Positions 39,050 to 48,712 of a stretch of DNA of 64,000 bases are shown here, one piece after another. Made by a program: the position numbers and the translations under genes. How positions within the stretch are numbered: position 1 is the stretch's first letter; each line of letters begins with the position of its first letter. Under the pieces are notes generated by a model. That model was not told the DNA's origin, ran no database searches, and saw only the letters and a program-made list of their open reading frames with translations. This stretch comes from Candidatus Daviesbacteria bacterium (GTDB taxonomy: Bacteria; Patescibacteriota; Microgenomatia; Daviesbacterales; UBA10151), in assembly GCA_016187025.1 (NCBI GenBank), contig JACPKM010000004.1, positions 35,212 through 99,211 on the forward strand. The letters are read 5' to 3'.

Positions 39050-39565
39050 CTATATAGTCACCTCTTCAAACATGTCCCGGCCGGTTTTATCTTTGCCGGT
39101 AAATTTATAAAATTTTCCTTTCTGTTCCAAAACCCGGTCAGGGAAAAGGATTCCGTTTAGATGGTCTACTTCATGCTGGAAAATCCAGGCATCAACCCCT
39201 TTTAAGCTTTCAGTATGCATTTGCCCCTGCAGGTCTTGATAAGTTGCCTTTAAAGATAGGGATCTGTTGATTTCCCCATAATAATTAGGGATGGATAAAC
39301 AGCCTTCAAAATACTTTTTTGTCTTTTTACCCAAACTAACTATTCGGGGGTTAATAAAGGTTTTAAAATCCCCGCCTATTTTTCCCACAAAAAAACATTC
39401 CCCTAAACCAATTTGAGTAGCTGCAAGTCCTACACCCTCTGGATCCTGAAAACTTTTGGTCAGTTTGATCATTTCCTCAGTTAGCTTTTTTAGCCCTGAA
39501 TTAACTTTCTTAACTACCTTGGTTTTCACCCGTAATTTTTGATCTGGCGCTTGGACAACTTGCAT
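39050..39565 (-). CDS. def: peptide deformylase
   Basis: GVGLAATQIG, EGCLSIP and HEVDHLNG motifs. Confidence 0.92.
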   Translation of the reverse strand: MQVVQAPDQKLRVKTKVVKKVNSGLKKLTEEMIKLTKSFQDPEGVGLAATQIGLGECFFVGKIGGDFKTFINPRIVSLGKKTKKYFEGCLSIPNYYGEINRSLSLKATYQDLQGQMHTESLKGVDAWIFQHEVDHLNGILFPDRVLEQKGKFYKFTGKDKTGRDMFEEVTI

Positions 39566-39628
39566 GGCATAAAGTTTATCATTGTCAGAAAGGTTTTTCC
39601 AATTGTTGGTAGAAGAGAGTTAGATGTT

Positions 39629-39886
39629 TTATGTTTTTAACTGTTTAAGTCTCCACATAAATACACGAGCTTTTGACTTGGCCTTTAAATAGCCTTTGGT
39701 GTAGCTTAAGGCTTCATCTAAAAGATGTCTGGGAGTGTTTTTTGCAAGCTTTATGTATAAAGAATAGTGTTTAGTATCATCTAAGCTTTCTGCCAAGAAA
39801 CAGCCATAAAATTGAAACTCATGAGAAATATTTTTGGGTCGGTCTTTGTATAAAACCTCATCAAGAATTTTATTTATTTGTTTCAT
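39629..39886 (-). CDS. small hypothetical protein
   Basis: 85-aa ORF overlapping the end of the upstream gene by 17 nt. No motifs. Confidence 0.3.
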   Translation of the reverse strand: MKQINKILDEVLYKDRPKNISHEFQFYGCFLAESLDDTKHYSLYIKLAKNTPRHLLDEALSYTKGYLKAKSKARVFMWRLKQLKT

Positions 39887-42056
39887 AATCAGCTGATTTT
39901 GTGGCTACGCCTTGTTTACCCCATTCATTAAGATAATCCAGTGCTTCCGGATCATTTGGAACAAGCTTTAAAACAATATTCATAGTTTCCACTGCTTTTT
40001 TGGTAAGTTCTTGATCAAAGTGAGCTGAAGCTTTTTTGCCAGCTGCGCTGTCAAAATAGAACAGTCCTAATGCAAGATATCCTTCCCGATAGTTGGGTTT
40101 TAGCTCCAAAGCTTTATCTAAAGCCTTAATTGCTTCTTCGTTTTTGTTTAATTGGCCTAAGATTATTGCTTTATTGTAATAAAGCTTTGGATCAGTAGGA
40201 GCCAGTTTAATTGCTGCATCAACTGTATCAAGAGTCTTTTGATTAAATTCAGGATCAATGCTGGCCAGCTGATAATAGGTTCTAATGGCTGTTCTTAAAA
40301 AAGAAACATTATTGGGGCTTTTTTCGATTGCTTGTTTTATTTCCTCTAAAGCCTGCCTTTTTAGCTGCGCAGATAAAGTAGCATCAGAATCTTCCAAGGC
40401 AACTGCTGCTTGGGCTGCTGCATAGCCCAGTTCACTTCTGTAAAATGGTTCATTGGGATTTATATCTACTGCCTCTGATAAAAGATTATATGCTCTACCT
40501 GCATTTCCAGCCTCAGAGCTTTTTTGCCCTAAGGCAAAAAGGGTATCAGCAGTCCAGAGTCGATAAATAGAAAAGGTAGTTAAAAAAGCAATTATTACCA
40601 GAGCGATTTTTCCACTTTTTTGATAAATCGGACGAAGAGAAAATTTTAACAGCTTTGGAAGCTTTAGATCACCGGTTGTGCCAGATGATACAAAAACAAG
40701 GGCTGGAAACAGATAGAAAAAAATAGCAATAATCACAACTGAAAAGCCGAATAAGTTTTGCACAAGATAGCTTATATAACTTGCTAGCAAACTGGCATAA
40801 ATAAGGTCATTTTTACCAGATATAATCTGTTTTAAACTCCATATTAAAAAGATAATGATGATAAGGAGATAGGTAGAAAAACCAATGATACCAGTATTAG
40901 CCAAGTAATTTAAAAACTCGTTGTGGGCTTTGTTATACAAAAAATCCCATTCTGAGGTTAGATTATGAGTTTTAGGTCTAAACTGGTAATATGAATAAGC
41001 AAAGGTTTCTACTCCTGATCCAAATAAAGGATACTTTTTAAATATCTCTAAGGCTCCCTGCCAAACAATCAGACGAATTTGTCCTGATTCTGTACCACCA
41101 TTTTCAAGCTGAGTGCCAACACTTGCTGGAATGGAAGATGAAGTATTTTGATTGATTGGAGAAGTAGGTGATTTGATAAACAAATTATCCAGCTGAAATC
41201 TGGTAAAGGCAGAACCAAATAATAAATTTATGATTAAAAATCCAAATAAAACCGTCAGCACAGGTTTTGGTTTGGGAACCTTGAGTATGTTTAAGCCTAA
41301 AAATGTAACAAAGGCTGCTACCAATCCTAGGGTAGCGCCTCTTGAGTAGGTAAAAGTAAATGAAAGATACAAGGAAACAAGAAGTGTATAGTACAAAGTT
41401 TGTAAGGTGCGGCTGGAGGAAGTTAAAAACATAAAAAGCGCAGGAAAGATTAACATTCCGAGATAAGCAGCTAACCAATTTGGTTGACCTAAGCTTGCAA
41501 ATACTCTGGCTTGGACATCTTGTACCCAACAGCTAGCATTAAACTCTTGTCTTAGTAATACACATGAGGGTGAGACTCCGAAATGTTCTGAGATAGCATA
41601 AAGGGAAATGATAGCACCAGACGAAAGGGCAGAAATCAACATTTTTGGAATGTGTTTTGCCTCAATATTTGAAACAAGTGCCCAGTAAAGCATAAGATAG
41701 GAAGTAAGTGATAAAAGTCCTCCATTTGACCTGCTGTAATATCCCCAGATTGAGATATGCTGATCAATTGAGAAAATAGTTGATAAAATATTGGCAATTA
41801 AAAACAATATTAAGGGAATATCAAGCGGAGTTTTTTTAAAGATAATCTTTTTTTCATCAATCATTCTATATATCCATGAGGAAACTATCACAACAGTTAG
41901 AAAATAGGTAAAAAGCATTTTGTTATATTCAAAAAGCTCAAAGTTTTTAGATGTCCAAATTAAGGGGGTGAGAAAAAAGAGAAGATAGAAAGAGTAAATA
42001 ATGACTTTGCGCACCATGTTATCCACTATCCTACTAAACTTCTTGTTTGGCCGCAA
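39870..42056 (-). CDS. O-antigen-ligase/Wzy-like polytopic membrane protein fused to C-terminal TPR repeats
   Basis: About 10 TM helices in the N-terminal 470 aa, then multiple TPR-like repeats (AEALYNKAI..., KALDKALELKPNY...). Confidence 0.65.
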   Translation of the reverse strand: MRPNKKFSRIVDNMVRKVIIYSFYLLFFLTPLIWTSKNFELFEYNKMLFTYFLTVVIVSSWIYRMIDEKKIIFKKTPLDIPLILFLIANILSTIFSIDQHISIWGYYSRSNGGLLSLTSYLMLYWALVSNIEAKHIPKMLISALSSGAIISLYAISEHFGVSPSCVLLRQEFNASCWVQDVQARVFASLGQPNWLAAYLGMLIFPALFMFLTSSSRTLQTLYYTLLVSLYLSFTFTYSRGATLGLVAAFVTFLGLNILKVPKPKPVLTVLFGFLIINLLFGSAFTRFQLDNLFIKSPTSPINQNTSSSIPASVGTQLENGGTESGQIRLIVWQGALEIFKKYPLFGSGVETFAYSYYQFRPKTHNLTSEWDFLYNKAHNEFLNYLANTGIIGFSTYLLIIIIFLIWSLKQIISGKNDLIYASLLASYISYLVQNLFGFSVVIIAIFFYLFPALVFVSSGTTGDLKLPKLLKFSLRPIYQKSGKIALVIIAFLTTFSIYRLWTADTLFALGQKSSEAGNAGRAYNLLSEAVDINPNEPFYRSELGYAAAQAAVALEDSDATLSAQLKRQALEEIKQAIEKSPNNVSFLRTAIRTYYQLASIDPEFNQKTLDTVDAAIKLAPTDPKLYYNKAIILGQLNKNEEAIKALDKALELKPNYREGYLALGLFYFDSAAGKKASAHFDQELTKKAVETMNIVLKLVPNDPEALDYLNEWGKQGVATKSADYETNK

Positions 42057-42078
42057 TCCTGTATGTTAAACTCCATTT

Positions 42079-43158
42079 ATGTTTAGCAGGATCTGGGAGT
42101 GTTTATCTTATGATATAGGTATAGATTTAGGTACAGTTAATACTTTGGTTTTGGTAAAAGGGAAGGGAATTGTTATTAGAGAACCGACTGTTGTAGCACT
42201 ACACAAAAAAACCCGCCAAATTTTAAGTATCGGATCTGAGGCAAAAAGAATGCTGGGCAGAACTCCTGCTGCAATTGAAGCCGTAAGACCTTTGCGGGAT
42301 GGGGTAATCTCTGATTTTGATACTACTGAGGCTATGCTGCGCTTTTTTATAGATAAAGTTCATCAGATGCCTGGTAAGGGCAAATGGTTTTTACCAAAGA
42401 TTCCCCGTCCTAGAATTGTGGTGGGAATTCCATCAGGAGTAACTGAGGTTGAAAGAAGGGCAGTGCAGGATGCTTGTTTGTCAGCAGGTGCGAGGGAGGC
42501 CTATTTAATTGAGGAGCCTATGGCTGCAGCCATAGGAGCAAAGCTTCCGATTGAGGAGCCTGATGGAACAATGGTTGTAGATATTGGTGGCGGGACTACT
42601 GAGATAGCAGTCATTTCTTTAGGAGGGATGGTTATAAACAGGTCTTTGCGCATCGCCGGAGATGAACTTGATCAAGATATTGTTAACTACATGAGGACAA
42701 GGTACGGGCTGTTAATTGGAGAAAAAACGGCAGAGGAAATCAAAATCGAGCTGGGATCTGCTCACCCAGACTTTGGTAAAGAAAAAGACAAGAAAGAAGT
42801 ATTGGCAACCATAGTCAGAGGAAGAGATCTAGCAACAGGACTTCCAAAATCCATTAAAATTACCTCCGATGAGATAAGAGAGGCCCTTTCCCCTACAATT
42901 TATGAGATGATCCAGGCAATTCAAGATGCCCTACAAGAAACTCCCCCTGAGCTGTTAACAGATATTGTGGAAAGAGGAATTTATCTTGCAGGAGGAGGGG
43001 CACTTATCAGAGGTTTAGATAAGAGGATAGTAGAAGATACCAAAATTCCTGTTTGGGTAGCAAATGATCCTTTGACAACAGTAGTAAGAGGCTGTGGTGA
43101 GGTCTTGGATAACCTAAATCTTTTATCAAAAGTTAAAGTAACAGGTGGACTACGGTAA
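42079..43158 (+). CDS. mreB: rod-shape determining actin homologue MreB
   Basis: IGIDLGTVNTLV, DIGGGTTEIAV and the rest of the actin-fold motifs. Confidence 0.9.
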   Translation: MFSRIWECLSYDIGIDLGTVNTLVLVKGKGIVIREPTVVALHKKTRQILSIGSEAKRMLGRTPAAIEAVRPLRDGVISDFDTTEAMLRFFIDKVHQMPGKGKWFLPKIPRPRIVVGIPSGVTEVERRAVQDACLSAGAREAYLIEEPMAAAIGAKLPIEEPDGTMVVDIGGGTTEIAVISLGGMVINRSLRIAGDELDQDIVNYMRTRYGLLIGEKTAEEIKIELGSAHPDFGKEKDKKEVLATIVRGRDLATGLPKSIKITSDEIREALSPTIYEMIQAIQDALQETPPELLTDIVERGIYLAGGGALIRGLDKRIVEDTKIPVWVANDPLTTVVRGCGEVLDNLNLLSKVKVTGGLR

Positions 43159-43161
43159 GTC

Positions 43162-44304
43162 TTAGGATTTCATTAATCTATACTCATAAGCCAAAAGAGG
43201 ATTGGCTAATACTGCAGCTGCTATTTGAACCATATCTGCTCCTGTATTTAGAAACTTATCAACATCTTGAGGTTCAATAATTCCACCTCCACCTAAAATT
43301 TCATATTTTAATCCTTCCTCTTCTCTTATTTCTGCAGCCCATTTAGTGTGTTCTAGGGCAATTTCCTGATCAGCAATGCCGCAAACCCCCGAGGTTCTTC
43401 TGCCTGGTAGGATATCTGATCCATCTATTGCTAAGACTGTCATTTTTAAAGCATTAATTCCTGAGACATAATTTAGGTTGTCTCCTGCTGCATAAAAGAC
43501 TTTTTTCATCTGCTCTTTTGATTTGAAAACACCAAATTTTACTCCCACTGGGACTTTAGGAAACCTTCTTTTAAATTCTGATAAAACATAATTTACAAGT
43601 TTGATGTTTTGAAACATCTCACCTTCCTGTGGATTTTCTGTCACATTTGGACAAGCTAGATTCAGCTCAATAATATCTGCTCCGCCGAGGACTGCAGCAG
43701 TTGCTCCAATTAACAAATCAGAAGCTGTTTCTATAATTTGAGCATCTGCACTATGACCTTGTCGATCTTCAGGAGTAGTTGCAGTTACGCTGCATGTTAA
43801 AATCTGTCCATCTTTCATAACTTTTCTTTGCTCAGGTAACTCTTTGGCCCAGGTTAAAATATCAGAAGAAGGATTTCCAAAAGAATTAGTCATGCTTTTA
43901 TAATTTTCCCACGCTTTGGGATTTATACTGGCAGATAAGCTGTCTTCTAAGTGAGGTTTGGAAACTGGATTTTCCTGATGGACTATTGCAATATTGGGCT
44001 CTTTATTTGATTTCCTGGGAACAGTTCTTCTGGTTTTTTGTATTACCATCCCAAAACCCATTTTAAAATAAAAATCAGTCCAGATTTTTCCGGATGCAGG
44101 TCCTGCAGCTATCGCAATAGGAGAGATTAATCTATGGCCTAAAAACTTAAATTTCTTTTGGGCGGAAAGTGGAGGGAATTTATTGGAAAGCCAAACAGGA
44201 GGTTTGGAAATTACCTTTTCCCAAGGAGCCTTAATATTATAAATAAGAGATGGTTGCTCAGGATGACGGTAATATTGAGCTTTTTTTAAATTATTTTTTG
44301 CCAT
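43162..44304 (-). CDS. pyrD: dihydroorotate dehydrogenase-like (class 1, Cys active site)
   Basis: IELNLACPN, VGVKFGV and GGGGI...TGADMVQIAAA motifs. It is last in the pyrE-pyrB-pyrC-pyrD gene string. Confidence 0.65.
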   Translation of the reverse strand: MAKNNLKKAQYYRHPEQPSLIYNIKAPWEKVISKPPVWLSNKFPPLSAQKKFKFLGHRLISPIAIAAGPASGKIWTDFYFKMGFGMVIQKTRRTVPRKSNKEPNIAIVHQENPVSKPHLEDSLSASINPKAWENYKSMTNSFGNPSSDILTWAKELPEQRKVMKDGQILTCSVTATTPEDRQGHSADAQIIETASDLLIGATAAVLGGADIIELNLACPNVTENPQEGEMFQNIKLVNYVLSEFKRRFPKVPVGVKFGVFKSKEQMKKVFYAAGDNLNYVSGINALKMTVLAIDGSDILPGRRTSGVCGIADQEIALEHTKWAAEIREEEGLKYEILGGGGIIEPQDVDKFLNTGADMVQIAAAVLANPLLAYEYRLMKS

Positions 44305-44365
44305 TTTTGATTTTTTCTACAATAGAGTTTTGAGGCTTAGTTGTCAATAGGTAGCCACAAAAGTC

Positions 44366-45436
44366 TTAATTTACCGGATAGATAACTTGACCCTTTGGAG
44401 GTTTCACTACGCTTCCATTCTTAAAAACAACGTTACCTCTTAAAATGATCCTTTTTATCTTTCCTGTAACCTTGATTCCTTCAAAAGGGGTCCAGGCGCA
44501 TTTGGTATATAAGTGTCTAGCGTCTAGCGTATAGCGCAAGTTTGGGTCGACTTCTACAAAAGTATCAGGTTGCTCGGGAATATTAAAGATCTTTCTAGGA
44601 TTAGTATTTGTCAGTTCAATCAATCTTTCTATTGTTAATCTACCCTCGTTTACTGCTGTTAGAAGTAAAGGTAGGGTAGTTTCCAAACCTGGAACACCGT
44701 TTGGAGGCTGGATAGTATTTAATTTTTCTTCTCGGGTATGTGGAGCATGATCTGAGGCAATGGTATTGATAGTCCCATCTGCAATTGCTTCCCAAAGAGT
44801 ATCCTGATCTGTTTTTGTAGACAGGGGAGGGCGCATAATAGCAAAGGGACCAAGTCTTTTACGTTCTTTTTCTGTTAAAAATAAATGGTGACAGGAAACT
44901 TCACAGGTAATTTGTACGCCTTCTTTTTTTGCTTGTTTTATTAATTCAATTTCTTCTTTTAAGCTAATATGACAGATATGTAACTTGTTGCCATTTTTCT
45001 TTGCTAACTTTATAGCATTTTTTAAAGTTTCGTCTTCTGCGTGGACCATCAAAACCTTTTCTTTAGGCCAAGAGGAAAAGATAATCTGTAAAGCTTTTGG
45101 ATCTTTTTGAAGTAATGTTCCTGTTGTGTGATTCATGTAAACTTTAAGTGCAAAAACTTTATCGACTATTTCTTTGAAAAAATTACTGCTTTCTCGGGTA
45201 GCGCCAAAGTGCAAACCAACATCAGAGTATATTCTGCCTGTTGCAAGTTTAACTTTTTTACTGATTGCATCCGGTGTAATTGTGGGTTCCGGGTTGTTGG
45301 GCATATCTAAAATGAGCGTATAACCGCCGGCAATTGCAGCTTTTGTGCCCGTTTCAAAATCTTCTTTTTGAGTGGCACCAGGTTCCCTTAAATGAACATG
45401 AGTATCAATAAGCCCCGGGAGAATTAAATTCTTCAT
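44366..45436 (-). CDS. pyrC: dihydroorotase (amidohydrolase)
   Basis: GLIDTHVHLREPG metal-binding start and the amidohydrolase fold. Confidence 0.8.
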   Translation of the reverse strand: MKNLILPGLIDTHVHLREPGATQKEDFETGTKAAIAGGYTLILDMPNNPEPTITPDAISKKVKLATGRIYSDVGLHFGATRESSNFFKEIVDKVFALKVYMNHTTGTLLQKDPKALQIIFSSWPKEKVLMVHAEDETLKNAIKLAKKNGNKLHICHISLKEEIELIKQAKKEGVQITCEVSCHHLFLTEKERKRLGPFAIMRPPLSTKTDQDTLWEAIADGTINTIASDHAPHTREEKLNTIQPPNGVPGLETTLPLLLTAVNEGRLTIERLIELTNTNPRKIFNIPEQPDTFVEVDPNLRYTLDARHLYTKCAWTPFEGIKVTGKIKRIILRGNVVFKNGSVVKPPKGQVIYPVN

Positions 45437-46404
45437 CCTTTTAAAACAAGCTTAAGAAGCGCCATTCGCACATACATTCCATTCCGAACCTGTGCTTTTA
45501 AATAAACTGCTCTCGGATCATTGTCAATCTCTGTTGATATTTCTCCTACCCGAGGTAGGGCATGCATGATAATACTTTCTTTTTTCATTTTGTTTACTAA
45601 TTTTTTATCTACTGAATACTTTCCTTGAATCTGTTTGTATAACTTCGCCGGTAAAAACTCCTTTTTAACCCTTGTAACATACAATACATCAGCTTCACCA
45701 ATAACATCATCAATATTTACCAATTCCTGAAACTGAATATTTCTCTCCTTCAGGTAACTATATACCTCTTGATTTAACTTTACCTGAGGTGGTGAGACAA
45801 AACTGATTTTGATTCCAGGGTATAAAGATAAAAGCATAGCAAGAGAATTAACAGGTCGGTAATGAGCCAGCTCCCCAAAAAAAACAACATGAAGTTTATT
45901 TACATTAGGAAACTTTTCCTTAATTGTATAGAGATCATAGAGAGCTTGTGTGGGATGTTCGCCAATGCCATCTCCTGCATTAATAATTGGCACATATTTT
46001 GCTATTTCTGCAGCTTTTTGAACCGATCCCACTTCTGGATGACGTATTACAATTAAGTCACAATAGGCCTCATATGTTCTAATTGTATCCTCAAATGATT
46101 CTCCTTTTGCCATAGATGAGGAGCTAATTGTCATTTCAATTGTTTGTCCACCAAGTTGTTTCATAGAAGCTGAGAATGACCCAAAAGTTCTAGAAGAAGG
46201 TTCAAAAAAAAGTAAGGTAGAGATTTTGCCTTTTAGAAGATCAGAAGGGCGAGCATTTTTGGCGATTGCAGCCATTTGTCCAGTTACAGAAAAAAGTTTT
46301 TTAATTGATAAAAGATCGAATTGTTCAGACGAGAGAATATCTTTTCCCTTAAAGTCTCCGTTAATTTTAGTATAGTTAGTAGTCAACACTTTTTGGTTTT
46401 TCAT
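45433..46404 (-). CDS. pyrB: aspartate carbamoyltransferase catalytic subunit
   Basis: FFEPSSRTFGSF (STRT motif), HPTQAL and HALP. Confidence 0.9.
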   Translation of the reverse strand: MKNQKVLTTNYTKINGDFKGKDILSSEQFDLLSIKKLFSVTGQMAAIAKNARPSDLLKGKISTLLFFEPSSRTFGSFSASMKQLGGQTIEMTISSSSMAKGESFEDTIRTYEAYCDLIVIRHPEVGSVQKAAEIAKYVPIINAGDGIGEHPTQALYDLYTIKEKFPNVNKLHVVFFGELAHYRPVNSLAMLLSLYPGIKISFVSPPQVKLNQEVYSYLKERNIQFQELVNIDDVIGEADVLYVTRVKKEFLPAKLYKQIQGKYSVDKKLVNKMKKESIIMHALPRVGEISTEIDNDPRAVYLKAQVRNGMYVRMALLKLVLKG

Positions 46405-47062
46405 CTAATTTATTCTTCTCTGCCCAGTTCCAGGGATCATCGCGCCATTTCAAAATCACTTCTTTTTCTTTTGAGCCGATTAATTTCAGACTCATTGCTT
46501 CATCCACCAGCTCATCTAAATTTGTCAAAGTGAATAAGTTTATACTTTTTTGTTTATATTTTTTAGAAGTATCTTTAAATCCATAATCAAGAAATGCCAA
46601 GCAGGTATTTATTTTTCCTCCTTCTTCCCGGATTGTATCTATTGCAGACAAAGAGCTTTTACCCGTACTAATTAAATCCTCTATCAGCAGTACCTTTGCT
46701 CCTTTTTTCATTACTCCTTCTACCAGTTTTCCTTTACCATGGTCTTTTTTCTCACCTCTGACATAAACCATTGGCAAGTTTAAAAGCTCTGCCAGCCATC
46801 CTGCAGGAGGAATCCCAGCAGTTGATGTGCCGGCAATAACTTCAAAATCAAGTTTATTTTCATCAATTAGATGTGATAGATAAAAAGTGATTTCTTTTCT
46901 TTTTAAAGGATATCCCATCAGCAGTCTGTTGTCTGTATAAATTGGAGAGATAATTCCGGAGACAAATTTGTAAGGTTTGTTAGGGGAAAGGGTGACTGCT
47001 TTAATTTCTAAAAGAATCTTTGCTACTCTTTGTGCTGTACTTAAGCTACTATTCCCTACCAT
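46376..47062 (-). CDS. pyrE: orotate phosphoribosyltransferase
   Basis: PRPP-binding VLLIEDLISTGKS. Confidence 0.85.
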   Translation of the reverse strand: MVGNSSLSTAQRVAKILLEIKAVTLSPNKPYKFVSGIISPIYTDNRLLMGYPLKRKEITFYLSHLIDENKLDFEVIAGTSTAGIPPAGWLAELLNLPMVYVRGEKKDHGKGKLVEGVMKKGAKVLLIEDLISTGKSSLSAIDTIREEGGKINTCLAFLDYGFKDTSKKYKQKSINLFTLTNLDELVDEAMSLKLIGSKEKEVILKWRDDPWNWAEKNKLDEKPKSVDY

Positions 47063-47412
47063 TTCTTCTGCCTTCTCCAGAGGCTCTAGGAGCTACACTG
47101 CAGGGTAAAACGAAAGGTCCATCAATTGGGCTACCAGGAACAAATGATGGAGGTAATAATACACTAAGACCTGACTCAGGGTCTTTAAATATTCTTGCTC
47201 CTGGGATACCTACACGTGCAGTTCGTTCTTCTGTTGCTGAGGCTAAAACGGTTACATTCCATCTTTGACCTCCAGATCTGACGTAATATATAGGTTTGCA
47301 TGCACTTGACTGTTTATTTTCTGCCCCATTAGGGTCTACTTGAACTCGCCCGTTATCTGTCTCTGGCATAGTTTTAGAATTTCCTAATGACTATACGAAA
47401 TAAAAAATTGCT

Positions 47413-48237
47413 TTGTCAAGACATCAATTTAGTGATATATTGGGCAGGATGGAAAAGGTCTTTCCTAATCTTCAACTTTTCTTAATTTTAATTTTGATTT
47501 CTGTACTTATCTTTGCTGGGGATAGTTTTAGGCTGTTTAACTATCCACAACAGGGAGTGTATTTTTTAACAAATCCAATTTCTTTTGGACTATATAACCT
47601 AAAACAAAAAATTGGGAAACAACTCCATTTTATTGTTGCAGCTAGGTTTGCTGCCCAAGAAAATAAAGCTATGCAAAACCAGCTGGCAGGATTGCTATCT
47701 GAAATTGCTCAGTTGAAAAGGAAACTGGCAGAAACCGAGAGCTTGCTTTTACAACAACAACACCTAGATCCCAGAACTTACAATCTAAAAGCGGCAAGGC
47801 CAATTGGTCTTGACAGGTATTTAAGAATAGATAAAGGTGAGCAGGATGGTTTAAAGGTAGGTCAGGCAGTGATTTTTAAAGATAACTATATTGGGAAAAT
47901 CATTAGCATTTCTTCTTCCTCTTCGAATATTCAAATACTTACAGACCCTGATTCTAAAATATCGGCCTTTTCGATAAATAAAAATGGTAAAGCAATGGGT
48001 TTGTTAGCTGGTCAATTTGGCACAGAGACACTTCTTGATAAAATTTTACATGAAGAGGCAGTTGAGGAAGGTGATTTAGTGTATTCAGAGGGTACTGAGG
48101 GGTTTTTACCCAGGGGACTTATTTTAGGAAAAGTAGTTAAAGTTCTGGTAAGAGAAAACGAGGTATTCAAGCAAGCGCAAGTTGTTCCGGTATTGGATAT
48201 CAGGGATTTAGATTTAGTATTTGTTATGACTGAGTAA
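47413..48237 (+). CDS. mreC: rod-shape determining protein MreC
   Basis: N-terminal TM, a coiled coil, then an MreC beta-domain pattern. It precedes the mreD-like and pbp2 genes. Confidence 0.7.
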   Translation: MSRHQFSDILGRMEKVFPNLQLFLILILISVLIFAGDSFRLFNYPQQGVYFLTNPISFGLYNLKQKIGKQLHFIVAARFAAQENKAMQNQLAGLLSEIAQLKRKLAETESLLLQQQHLDPRTYNLKAARPIGLDRYLRIDKGEQDGLKVGQAVIFKDNYIGKIISISSSSSNIQILTDPDSKISAFSINKNGKAMGLLAGQFGTETLLDKILHEEAVEEGDLVYSEGTEGFLPRGLILGKVVKVLVRENEVFKQAQVVPVLDIRDLDLVFVMTE

Positions 48238-48238
48238 T

Positions 48239-48700
48239 ATGAAGACTTTACTGGCTTTACTGATTATTGTTGCTTTTTTGCAGACTACAATTTTGCCATT
48301 CGATTTGGTGGTAGTTATTCTAATATTGCGCTCAGTTGTTAAAGCTGACCAGTTAAATCTATATTTAGGGTTTGGAATGGGTTTGTTGGTTTCTCATCTG
48401 TCTGCTATACCAATTGGAGTAGATAGCATTATATATTTGGTATTAATACAGATTACCAGAAGCTTTGCAAAGTCTCAATTTTCTGAAAATATCTTTTTGT
48501 TTTTGCCTTTGGCTGTTGTACTTTTGATTATCAGTAATGTTTCCAAGGCGTTGATTTTTAATCAGTCGATAAGCTTGTGGCCGGAGGTTGCAACTCAAAT
48601 ACTTTTGGCAATCCCAGTTTACTATGCCCTTAAGCTTTGGGAAGAAAGATTCATCTTTAAAAAAGAGATAAAGTTAAGATATAGTGAAAAGTTTCGTTAA
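48239..48700 (+). CDS. mreD: MreD-like small polytopic membrane protein
   Basis: 153 aa with 4-5 TM helices, between mreC and pbp2. Confidence 0.5.
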   Translation: MKTLLALLIIVAFLQTTILPFDLVVVILILRSVVKADQLNLYLGFGMGLLVSHLSAIPIGVDSIIYLVLIQITRSFAKSQFSENIFLFLPLAVVLLIISNVSKALIFNQSISLWPEVATQILLAIPVYYALKLWEERFIFKKEIKLRYSEKFR

Positions 48701-48712
48701 AGTAAGTTTTTT

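Noticed and set aside
47063-47110. PyrR-binding-loop-like sequence (UCUCCAGAGGCUCUAGGAGC) upstream of the pyr genes
   Set aside because: The best match to the UCCAGAGAGGCU consensus is on the plus strand, which is the wrong strand for the minus-strand pyr operon. No pyrR gene is in view and the similarity is partial.
47020-47369. Two mutually overlapping ORFs (47020-47268 + and 47049-47369 -) in the pyrE/mreC intergenic region
   Set aside because: They overlap on opposite strands and have a GC-rich, low-complexity, Gly/Pro/Arg-heavy translation with no start context. This is more consistent with non-coding structured DNA/RNA than with genes.
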